A stretch of DNA of 29,894 nucleotides from Candidatus Moraniibacteriota bacterium (GTDB lineage: Bacteria > Patescibacteriota > Minisyncoccia > Moranbacterales > UBA1568): NCBI GenBank assembly GCA_040006815.1, contig JBDTWF010000010.1, positions 1-29,894 on the forward strand, read 5' to 3'. Below, piece by piece: positions 18,058 through 25,641 of this stretch. Under the pieces are notes generated by a model. The model searched no databases. It had not been told where the DNA came from and was given only the letters and a program-made list of their open reading frames with translations. The translations under genes and the position numbers were made by a program. Each line of letters starts with the position of its first letter. Within the stretch, counting starts at the first letter, position 1.

Positions 18058-19068
18058 CTACAAAAGGCCGGCCTGTGAGTCGGCTGGTGGAGTGAGGTCG
18101 AGATGGCGGTAGCCTTCGGGAGTGACAATGCGGCCCCGCGGAGTGCGAGCGAGAAGCCCGATCTGGATGAGATAGGGTTCGATGACGTCTTCGATGGTCT
18201 GCATTTCTTCTCCTGTGACGGCGGCGGTGGCTTGGAGTCCGGCTGGCCCCCCTTTGAATTTTTCGATGATGGCCCGGAGGATGGCTCGATCGGCTGGCTC
18301 GAGGCCGAGATGATCAATCTCAAACATCTCGAGAGCGGCTGTTGCGATGTCGGGAGTGATCTTGCCTTGACCATGGACCTCGGCGTAATCGCGGACGCGT
18401 TTCAGGATGCGATTGGCCACGCGCGGAGTGCGGCGGCTGGCCCCCGCGATTTTCTTGGCGCCCTCTTCTTCGAGAGCGACATCGAGGATCCGGGCTGAGC
18501 GGTGGATGATTTCCTCTATCTCTTCCGGATGGTAGAACTCCAGGCGGTGCGTTGAGCCGAAGCGATTCCGGAGGGGATTCGTCAGGGAGCCGAGGCGCGT
18601 CGTGGCACCGATAAGCGTGAATCGCGGGAGATCGAGTTGAATGGTTCGGGCCGCCGGACCCTTACCGATGATGATGTCGAGTTTGTAGTCCTCCATGGCC
18701 GGATACAAGACTTCCTCGATGGATTTGTTGAGGCGATGGATCTCGTCGATGAAGAGAACATCGCCTGGTTCGAGGTTGGTGAGAATGGACCCAAGGTCGC
18801 CCACGCGCTCTATAGCTGGGCCGGAAGTGACGCGGATATTGACGCCCATTTCCTTGGCAATGATGTGGGCGAGCGTTGTTTTTCCGAGACCGGCGGGACC
18901 ATAGAGGAGAACATGGTCGATCACCTCCTTGCGTTTCTTGGCGGCCTGAATGAAAACAGAAAGATTCTGCTTGATCTTGGACTGACCGATGTATTCTTCA
19001 AAATGTTGCGGACGGAGGGTGGTATCGAGCACGACATCCTCTTCTTTTCCGAGAGCATTTGTGAGCAT
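18058..19068 (-). CDS. ruvB: Holliday junction branch migration helicase RuvB
   Basis: [70 protein letters not shown] 19068 follows an AAGGG SD. Confidence 0.96.
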   Translation of the reverse strand: MLTNALGKEEDVVLDTTLRPQHFEEYIGQSKIKQNLSVFIQAAKKRKEVIDHVLLYGPAGLGKTTLAHIIAKEMGVNIRVTSGPAIERVGDLGSILTNLEPGDVLFIDEIHRLNKSIEEVLYPAMEDYKLDIIIGKGPAARTIQLDLPRFTLIGATTRLGSLTNPLRNRFGSTHRLEFYHPEEIEEIIHRSARILDVALEEEGAKKIAGASRRTPRVANRILKRVRDYAEVHGQGKITPDIATAALEMFEIDHLGLEPADRAILRAIIEKFKGGPAGLQATAAVTGEEMQTIEDVIEPYLIQIGLLARTPRGRIVTPEGYRHLDLTPPADSQAGLL

Positions 19069-19112
19069 AGTTTTCCCTTGGCTAAGCCTCAAAAGAAGGC
19101 TCCATAGAGCCT

Positions 19113-19141
19113 ATGGTAGCACCTCTTGACAGTATTTCCAA
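19113..19141 (-). promoter_or_regulatory. Promoter for the ruvB operon
   Basis: Minus strand TTGGAA-17 nt-TACCAT with a TG extended -10 motif. Confidence 0.55.
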
Positions 19142-19154
19142 GCCGTGCTAAACT
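19126..19154 (+). promoter_or_regulatory. Promoter facing the non-coding RNA
   Basis: TTGACA-17 nt-TAAACT with a TG extended -10 motif; no plus-strand CDS follows before the terminator. Confidence 0.7.
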
Positions 19155-19233
19155 GCCGCTTCGCTCTCGTGCCCAAAAAAGCGAAAAAACAAACAAAAAA
19201 CGCAGCCAGCGTTTTTCTTTTTGGTTCTTTTTG

Positions 19234-19406
19234 AAATTCCTCACATGTAGACAATTGGGAGCTACTATCTTTTGCTCTCAACGTAGGAGGGGTCTGCCGC
19301 AAGGCGAGTCAAGACTGGGTAGAGGGGTTTCGGCTCTTCTATACCTCGACACCAATCCATTCCCGGGGCTCCCATGCTCTGGGCCTTGTCTACAGGTGAG
19401 GAATTT
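19234..19406 (+). ncRNA. Structured non-coding RNA, probable 6S RNA
   Basis: Ends pair over 21 nt with one mismatch (19234-19254 with 19386-19406). Inner helix TGGGAGC/GCTCCCA, a large central bubble, and GCAA- and TTCG-capped apical hairpins whose G-U pairs favour the + strand. Flanked by a promoter and a terminator. Confidence 0.65.
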
Positions 19407-19430
19407 TTTATTTGAATAAAAAGCGAACGA

Positions 19431-19468
19431 AAAAACTGAGGGCATTCCTGCTCTCAGTTTTTCTTTTG
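19431..19468. terminator. Bidirectional terminator for the pilB-like gene and the ncRNA transcript
   Basis: AAAAACTGAGGGCA-TTCC-TGCTCTCAGTTTTT. Confidence 0.85.
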
Positions 19469-19476
19469 AAAATATT

Positions 19477-22400
19477 TTAGAGATCAGTGACGCGTTTTAC
19501 TTCGTCAAACGAAGTCTTGCCTTCGATGAGGGAGAGAATGCCATCCTGGATGAGCGTCAGCATGCCGCCCTCTATAGCCTGCGTTTCGATTTCATGAGCG
19601 AGAGATCCCCTCGCGATGAGCTCTTGGATCTTCTGATCGATGATGAGCGTTTCGGCGAGAGCAATTTCTCCTTCGTAGCCGGTTCCATTACATGCCTCAC
19701 ACCCCTCGATATCCCAGATTTTTTCTACCTCTTTGGCCGTGGGCCGCATTTTTTCGGGGAAAGTAGCGAGCACTTTCGTGAGGAGAGCCTTCTCTTCAGT
19801 GGTTGGGGCGCGCTGTTTCTTGCACTGCTTGCAGAGGCGGCGCACGAGGCGTTGAGCCATAAAGAGATTGGCCGTATTGGCGAGGTCGTCATTTCCGATG
19901 CCCATCTTGAGGAGGCGGGGGACGGCGCTTGCGGCTGAGTTGGTATGAAGTGTGGAGAAAACGAGATGACCCGTCGCGGCGGCTTGAATGGCGATACTGG
20001 CCGTTTCTTCATCACGGATCTCACCAATCATGAGGATGTTTGGGTTTTGGCGGAGAAGCGAACGAAGAGCCGTGCTGAAAGTGTAGCCCTCAGTTTCATT
20101 CACTTGCGTTTGGAGGAGGCCGGGAATCTGATATTCGATCGGATCCTCGACGGTGATGATCTTGACCTCGGGTTTGTTCAGGCGCGCGAGAATGGAATAG
20201 AGAGTGGTGGTTTTTCCAGAGCCAGTCGGACCAGTATTCAGGATAAGGCCGTTTGGCCTGCTAATCGCCGAAAGAAGGCGTTCCAAATTGAGCGGGCGCA
20301 GTTCAAGGGCTTCGAGTTCGAGCTGAATAACGGACTGGTTGAGGAGGCGCATCTCAACGGTTTCCCCGAAGCCTCCGAGAATGATGGAGAGACGAACATC
20401 TACTTTACTCTCCTTGGTCCCAGGGAGAGGATTTTCGAGTTGGATGGAGAAGCGGCTATCCACCACCCCTGCCCGTTCTCCAGACTTCAGCCCTCCGAGA
20501 AGCTTCACGGCGCTCATGAGGCTGGGATACTCATTAATCGGAAAAGAGGCGACCTCTTTGAGGATTCCATCGAGGCGGAGACGCACAGTGAATGTTTTCC
20601 CCTGGGGTTCGATGTGGACATCAGCTGCTTTGAGGGCGAGGCCAGCCGCGAGGATTGCGGAAAAGCGTTCTTGGGAGTCAATCGATTCCAAGAGCTCGGA
20701 GAGTTTCTTTAGTGAGGAAGAGCCTCCAAGAATTTTATCGATGAGTTCTTGTGGAACACGGGCTGCTCGAGTCAATTCGCTTGGCATAAGCTCTTCATAG
20801 ATATTCTGGAGAGTTTCGGTCTGATCGGAGACGCGCCACACCTCATCGAGCGTGGTGATCCCCTCAAGGGCCTTGAGGATCCCGTCCTGGGTCATGGTGA
20901 CCATACCGTCTTCGAGAGCCGCCTGAAAGATCTCTTCTTCCGAACCGAAATTATTGATGATCTTTTCGATCTCAGTCGTGATCTTGAAGATTTCGAAAAT
21001 ACCGAGCCGGCCTTTGTATCCAGTAAAGTGACAAGCGGCACACCCGACCGCTTTCCAAAGTTCTGGAATGTCCTGTGGGAGGGAGAGTTTGGCCTTGGGC
21101 GAAATAATGGTGATGAGACGGATGAGGGAGTCCTTGGTCTCCTGCGCCGGGATGTAGGCTTCGCGGCACTTGAGACAGAGTTTTCGGACGAGGCGCTGGC
21201 CGATGATGACATTGATGGACGAGGAGAGGAGAGACGGTTTTACGCCGAGTTCGATAAAACGCGGGATGGCGGCGGGAGCGGAATTGGTGTGGAGGGTAGA
21301 GAAGACGAGGTGGCCCGTGAGGGCGGCATTCACGGAGATGTCAGCCGTCTCTTCATCGCGAATCTCGCCAACCAGGATGACATCCGGATCTTGGCGGACG
21401 ATGGCACGAAGAGCGGTGGCAAAGGTGTAGTCCTTGTCCTTGGAGACTTCAGTCTGAACAATGCCTGGAAGCGAATACTCAACCGGGTCCTCGACGGTGA
21501 TGATCTTGATGCCGGGCTTATTGATGCGGTGAATGAGAGTATAGAGAGTGGTGGTTTTTCCGGAGCCGGTGGGGCCGGTATTGAGGATCATGCCATGCGA
21601 CTTCTCAACTTCCTTCATGATGACATCGTGGGCCAAGCCGCGGAGCCCAAGGGCTGAGACATCGAGGAGGACATCCTCATTGGAGAGGAGGCGCATGTTG
21701 ATGCTCTCGCCGCTTTTCCCGGGGATGATGTTAACGCGGACGTCGATGCGCTTCCCTTCGATCTGGACGAAGTAGTGTCCGTCCTGGGCGCGATCTCGGA
21801 TGTTGAGGCGCATCCCACCAATCATCTTGATGCGCGAGAGGAGGAGGTGGTAGATCGACTGCGGAAGCATCCCGATGTCCTGGAGGACTCCGTCAATACG
21901 GTAGCGGAGGCGCACCCTTTCTTCTTCGGGTTCGATGTGGACATCGCTTGCTTCGAGCTTGCGCGCGCCAGCCAAGACGATTTCCATAGCTAGGGTCGTC
22001 GAGATTGATCGATTCTCCTTGAGGCTGATGAGTTCTTTGAAATTATTCTCGAATTTCTCGAGGTCTGCGCCCGAGAGCGAGACGCGAATGAGGTCGAGAT
22101 TGTCGATGAAAGTCCGTCTTTCGTAGCCGTGCCAAGTGCGTTCCACGGAAGGGAGTGAGGCGACAGAGACGAGACTTTCCCAGCCTTTTTCCTGTGAAAC
22201 GGTGCGGATATACTCCAAAACAGCTGGGTCTTCCGGGCGAGCGATGGCAAAGCGCACCTGAGCATTCTTTTTTAGGAAAACGGCGATCTGGAGCCGGCGG
22301 CTATCGGCCTCTGGAATGAGCTGGACATCTTCCGGCGAAGCGGGGAAGACATGAAGATCGACATAGGAAAGGCCGAGTCGTTGAGCAACCGCCGAAGCCT

Positions 22401-22500
22401 CCTCTTCAATGGAGTGCTCCCGCATCTTCTTCAGAACATCTGAAGTTTTTTTGGCTCGATCAGTGTCCTTGGGGCGAGTTTCACGCGTTACTTTGGGCAT
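19477..22500 (-). CDS. pilB: Tandem-duplicated PilB/GspE-family secretion ATPase (two complete ATPase modules)
   Basis: Two copies each of ASDVHIEP/AADVHIEP, R-R-DG, Walker A GPTGSGKTTT, TVEDP.EY, Walker B GEIRD, TGHLVFSTLHTN, QRLVR and a tetracysteine site. Start set at ATG 22500 after a TATAAT; the track extension to 22932 overlaps the next gene. Confidence 0.88.
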   Translation of the reverse strand: MPKVTRETRPKDTDRAKKTSDVLKKMREHSIEEEASAVAQRLGLSYVDLHVFPASPEDVQLIPEADSRRLQIAVFLKKNAQVRFAIARPEDPAVLEYIRTVSQEKGWESLVSVASLPSVERTWHGYERRTFIDNLDLIRVSLSGADLEKFENNFKELISLKENRSISTTLAMEIVLAGARKLEASDVHIEPEEERVRLRYRIDGVLQDIGMLPQSIYHLLLSRIKMIGGMRLNIRDRAQDGHYFVQIEGKRIDVRVNIIPGKSGESINMRLLSNEDVLLDVSALGLRGLAHDVIMKEVEKSHGMILNTGPTGSGKTTTLYTLIHRINKPGIKIITVEDPVEYSLPGIVQTEVSKDKDYTFATALRAIVRQDPDVILVGEIRDEETADISVNAALTGHLVFSTLHTNSAPAAIPRFIELGVKPSLLSSSINVIIGQRLVRKLCLKCREAYIPAQETKDSLIRLITIISPKAKLSLPQDIPELWKAVGCAACHFTGYKGRLGIFEIFKITTEIEKIINNFGSEEEIFQAALEDGMVTMTQDGILKALEGITTLDEVWRVSDQTETLQNIYEELMPSELTRAARVPQELIDKILGGSSSLKKLSELLESIDSQERFSAILAAGLALKAADVHIEPQGKTFTVRLRLDGILKEVASFPINEYPSLMSAVKLLGGLKSGERAGVVDSRFSIQLENPLPGTKESKVDVRLSIILGGFGETVEMRLLNQSVIQLELEALELRPLNLERLLSAISRPNGLILNTGPTGSGKTTTLYSILARLNKPEVKIITVEDPIEYQIPGLLQTQVNETEGYTFSTALRSLLRQNPNILMIGEIRDEETASIAIQAAATGHLVFSTLHTNSAASAVPRLLKMGIGNDDLANTANLFMAQRLVRRLCKQCKKQRAPTTEEKALLTKVLATFPEKMRPTAKEVEKIWDIEGCEACNGTGYEGEIALAETLIIDQKIQELIARGSLAHEIETQAIEGGMLTLIQDGILSLIEGKTSFDEVKRVTDL

Positions 22501-22594
22501 ATTTGGTATTGGTATTACCTCGATTATACCTCGAAAGAAAGAAAAAAGAGAGGCGAAACCTCTCTCCTCCCACCCTTCTTGTTTTTTCCGAAAA

Positions 22595-23734
22595 TTATTT
22601 TTTCTCTTTCGTAATCCAGCTTTGGATAAGGCGTTCAGCGGAAGCCAGATCCATTCCTGAGAGCGTTCCCTCGAGCGTGTCTCCGAGAAGCTGGCCTTCT
22701 GGGAAGAGCGCCTGGATCTTCTCAAGCTCATCTTGTGTCGTCGTCTTGAGGAAGAGATGGAGGCTCTCTTGGTTTTCCTTGAAGAGGAGGACGAAGACGC
22801 TTGCGCCTGTAAAACTTCCTCGGAGCTTGTCGAGGGCGAGGTGAAGATCCTCCATCTTGGTGCGTGATTGGATGAGGTCCTCAATCGTAACTGGAGCCCA
22901 GATGAGCTTCTCAGCTTCTTCGTAGTGGACATTTCCCATGATGCGTCCCCAGAGCTTGAGGAGATTGAGAGGCTGGGTCTTATAGAGATTCTTTACGATC
23001 TTCTGTTGATCCGCGCCCTTTTCCATGAGACGCGAAGCGATTTCGAGCGCGCGGGGAGTCGTGTTCTTTTTCTGAAAGGATTCGGTGGCCGAAATGATGC
23101 CGGTGAGGAGCGCTTCGGCGACTGGTCCAGTGAGGAGCTCCTTCCCAACTTTTTCGAGAAGCGATGCCGCGATCTCCGATGACGAAGAGGCAGTCACCTC
23201 GACGAGATTCAGCTGGCCATACTGTTCGTTGGCAGACTGGAAGTCAATGTTGACGATAGGGACTTCATAGAAAATGTCCGGATTATTCTCATACATTTTC
23301 CCGAGACTCTCTTTGTCTCGAGCCGAAATCGTGATGACCAGATCAAATTTGTACTTGGCGAGGATGAACGAGAAATCCCGAGGATCGATGGTGCCGTGCT
23401 CGGGCGTGAGATGGATGCGGAGCTCCTTGTCGAAGCGCTCGGTACGCACATTGAGGATGGCATTATGTTCCGTATTGAAGGAAAGGACGAAATCTCGAGC
23501 GCCAGAAATAGCAGTCTCAAAATTCTTGGGGACCTGGAGAAAAGAGAGCTCTTCCTTTTTCTCAGAAAAATGATCGCACCCGACGGTCGGGGACTTTCCG
23601 AGCTCTTCCATGAAGAGGCCAATGGCAAAGCTCGTGGCCAAGGCGTCATGTGTCGGATAGGGAGGAATGAGGATAAGCGGATGCTTGGCCGGCTTGACGA
23701 GCTCAAGGAATTGCTCTTCTTTCGAGAGGGACAT
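22595..23734 (-). CDS. DHH/NrnA-family-like protein with degenerate catalytic motifs
   Basis: Family scaffold (LTGIISATESFQKKNTT, GAD, LLKLWGR, NEQYGQLNLV) is present, but DxD reads THD and DHH reads DFQ. Start set at ATG 23734. Confidence 0.7.
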   Translation of the reverse strand: MSLSKEEQFLELVKPAKHPLILIPPYPTHDALATSFAIGLFMEELGKSPTVGCDHFSEKKEELSFLQVPKNFETAISGARDFVLSFNTEHNAILNVRTERFDKELRIHLTPEHGTIDPRDFSFILAKYKFDLVITISARDKESLGKMYENNPDIFYEVPIVNIDFQSANEQYGQLNLVEVTASSSSEIAASLLEKVGKELLTGPVAEALLTGIISATESFQKKNTTPRALEIASRLMEKGADQQKIVKNLYKTQPLNLLKLWGRIMGNVHYEEAEKLIWAPVTIEDLIQSRTKMEDLHLALDKLRGSFTGASVFVLLFKENQESLHLFLKTTTQDELEKIQALFPEGQLLGDTLEGTLSGMDLASAERLIQSWITKEKK

Positions 23735-23845
23735 AAAGTCTGTTGGATGGCAAAAGTAAGAGTTCAGCCTATCAGAGGAGCGCCGGAGCGTCAAATCCCC
23801 AGGTGATTTCAGAAAATGGGAGTTTCGGCTAATATAAAGGAAAAT

Positions 23846-24286
23846 ATGCCAGACTCAATTCTCTCTCACTCCGCTGAGGAAACCCGCGCTTTTGGTTCTT
23901 CCTTGGTAGCCTCTCTCAGGCCCGGGACCCTCGTTACTTTCGAGGGAGAATTGGGTGCTGGAAAGACCACGCTTATCCAGGGAATACTCGAGGGACTCAG
24001 GGCAGAGCGACCCTATGTCAGCCCCACCTTTGTCCTCATGAAGCAGTACGATCTCAAGGCGCCTAGCCCGACCGGCATCCGGCGTGTGTACCACGCGGAC
24101 GCGTATCGAGTCGGGGAAAAGGATTTCAAAAAGCTTGGTTTTGATGAATGGTGTGCGGATCCTGAAGGAGCGGTTCTCCTTGAGTGGCCAGAACGCATCG
24201 CCTCTATCCTTCCTGAGAAAAAAATCTCAGTTACGCTCCGTTCCCTTTCCGAAACCGAAAGAGAAATCCTTGTGGAGACAAAATAA
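23846..24286 (+). CDS. tsaE: tRNA threonylcarbamoyladenosine biosynthesis ATPase TsaE
   Basis: GELGAGKTT, SPTF, HADAYR, EWPE; AAGGA SD before ATG 23846. Confidence 0.93.
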   Translation: MPDSILSHSAEETRAFGSSLVASLRPGTLVTFEGELGAGKTTLIQGILEGLRAERPYVSPTFVLMKQYDLKAPSPTGIRRVYHADAYRVGEKDFKKLGFDEWCADPEGAVLLEWPERIASILPEKKISVTLRSLSETEREILVETK

Positions 24287-24310
24287 AAAACAGCCCCACG
24301 AACGGAGCTG
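24281..24310 (-). terminator. Intrinsic terminator ending the leftward accessory operon
   Basis: Minus strand CAGCTCC-GTTCGT-GGGGCTG-TTTTTTATTT. Confidence 0.75.
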
Positions 24311-24322
24311 CCTTTCTTAAAC

Positions 24323-24368
24323 CATTTCCTCTCCAGAATTTCCAATGGCTTCGAATCTCTGGAAGGGG
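24323..24368 (-). repeat. Repeated hairpin element, copy X
   Basis: Plus strand CATTTCCTCTCCAGAA...ATCTCTGGAAGGGG; homologous to 25244-25290. Confidence 0.6.
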
Positions 24369-24414
24369 CTCAAGCGCTGCACGAGGGCAAACGCTTGAGC
24401 GAGTGGGTGGCTTT

Positions 24415-24807
24415 CTAGACCGGAGAGATGAGCGGTCTGGTTTTCACCAAAACCTGTTCGATCACCTCGTAGTGCCCGAAACCGAAGACATCGCGGCCAT
24501 GGGCGTCCTGCGACGTCACGACGACTCGTCCATCAGTCCCCCGAGCAAATTCTGCCCGCAGGATGAGCAGATTGCCGAACTCGCGTTTGGCGGCGGTGAG
24601 CTTGGCGAGGACAGGAACCGGTGCGACGACTTCAATCGCCACAACGTCCCCATATTTCTCCAAAAGCCCCGCGACTGCCTTGACCGGGTCGTCGCTGTAC
24701 GGAACGTCATCGTCCACAATCTTTAGGTCGTTTCCGAATGCTTTCCGAAGAGCCTCGATTCTCGACGGGTCTGCCGGGTGGCGGGTAATGCGAACGATTG
24801 TGGCCAT
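24415..24807 (-). CDS. Hypothetical 130-aa Rossmann-like protein (N-terminal TRH motif)
   Basis: Strong AAGGAG SD and normal protein composition: ITRHP...EALRKAFG...VVAPVP...FGFGHYEVIEQV. Confidence 0.75.
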   Translation of the reverse strand: MATIVRITRHPADPSRIEALRKAFGNDLKIVDDDVPYSDDPVKAVAGLLEKYGDVVAIEVVAPVPVLAKLTAAKREFGNLLILRAEFARGTDGRVVVTSQDAHGRDVFGFGHYEVIEQVLVKTRPLISPV

Positions 24808-24873
24808 TTTTTCTCCTTACCCCAGATCCCCGAGGTGCGGGTTGGCAGAATGCCAATTTCACAAAGAACTCTT
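24808..24873 (-). repeat. Repeated structured leader, copy B
   Basis: Minus strand AAGAGTTCTTT-GTGAAATT-GGCATTCTGCC-AACCC...GGGG-TAAGGAGAAAAA-ATG; homologous to 25642-25711. Confidence 0.75.
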
Positions 24874-24941
24874 GAAGCTCCTTGGATGAAAGAGACTCAA
24901 GAGTGCGCAGGAAGAGAAGAATTCTTCTTTTCCTGCATGGG

Positions 24942-25211
24942 TTATGAAACGAATTCCGACGCCGGGCGCACCTTCTCCTTTTCCCCAGGTTTTTTCACGA
25001 AGATGATGCAGCGGGCCACATGGGTCCGCAGGCAGTCATCGCAAATAAGGAAGAAGAGTTCGATCGTCGGTGCTGTGCCGAAGCTCAGGTTGGGATCGAA
25101 GGCCGTCGAACCGTAATTCCCGTACGACGAGCACATGACGCCCCCGTTCGGCTGGAATGAGTTGATCGGCTGCAATTCTTTGTCACAGCAAAAACAGAAA
25201 AGTTTTTTCAT
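24942..25211 (-). CDS. Hypothetical 89-aa Cys-rich protein (possible Zn finger)
   Basis: CFCC near the N-terminus, QPNGG, GNYGSTAFD, ICDDCL; co-oriented with its neighbours. Confidence 0.65.
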   Translation of the reverse strand: MKKLFCFCCDKELQPINSFQPNGGVMCSSYGNYGSTAFDPNLSFGTAPTIELFFLICDDCLRTHVARCIIFVKKPGEKEKVRPASEFVS

Positions 25212-25243
25212 GGCTGATCTCGTTGGTTGAAAAGAACTCGGGA

Positions 25244-25290
25244 CATTTCCCTTTCAGAAGTTTCTTACTGAAAAAATCTCTGAAAGGGGG
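25244..25290 (-). repeat. Repeated hairpin element, copy Y
   Basis: Plus strand CATTTCCCTTTCAGAA...ATCTCTGAAAGGGG; perfect 10-bp stem CCCTTTCAGA/TCTGAAAGGG. Confidence 0.6.
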
Positions 25291-25425
25291 GAGAAGGCAT
25301 GCGTTGCATACTTCTCCAAACTTTGAGTCTTTTTTTCAGGTGTGGCTCGGAACCTGTCTCATCTACACGCGGACGAGAAGCGCGAAGGAGTTTATCGTCA
25401 GCCTCGCGACGGGTCCAGAGCTACT

Positions 25426-25641
25426 TCAAGACTTCAAGAAGTAGATGAACGCCCCTACGAACAGCACTTCGGTTATAACAACACCGATGAGCACGGCCTG
25501 GATGGTCTTGGCGACCAGAGCCACACCACCTTCCGCAGTGCGTATCGCTTCGGCACGATCACCGGACATATACTGCAATCCGGCAATCACACCGACCACG
25601 ACAGCAACGAAAAGGGCCGGGACAAAGATGAGCTTGAGCAT
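25426..25641 (-). CDS. Hypothetical 71-aa two-helix membrane protein
   Basis: AGGAG SD, two hydrophobic helices; first gene after the leftward promoter. Confidence 0.7.
   Translation of the reverse strand: MLKLIFVPALFVAVVVGVIAGLQYMSGDRAEAIRTAEGGVALVAKTIQAVLIGVVITEVLFVGAFIYFLKS

Noticed and set aside
19234-19406. SRP RNA, RNase P RNA, tmRNA or a tRNA as the identity of the structured RNA
   Set aside because: Lacks the SRP helix-8 GGAA/AGCAG motif, the RNase P GAGGAAAGUCC motif, a tRNA-like CCA end and T-loop, and a tag ORF.
19945-21657. Long plus-strand ORFs with internally repeated wording (255 and 302 aa)
   Set aside because: Antisense shadows of pilB; the repetition only mirrors the duplicated ATPase modules.
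22501-22932. 144-aa Ser/Arg-rich N-terminal extension of the PilB ORF in the track
   Set aside because: Overlaps the DHH-like gene in another frame, has low-complexity composition, and a TATAAT plus ATG 22500 explains the start.
24323-25290. Hammerhead or other self-cleaving ribozyme in X/Y
   Set aside because: No CUGANGA core with a matching GAAA and three-way junction on either strand.
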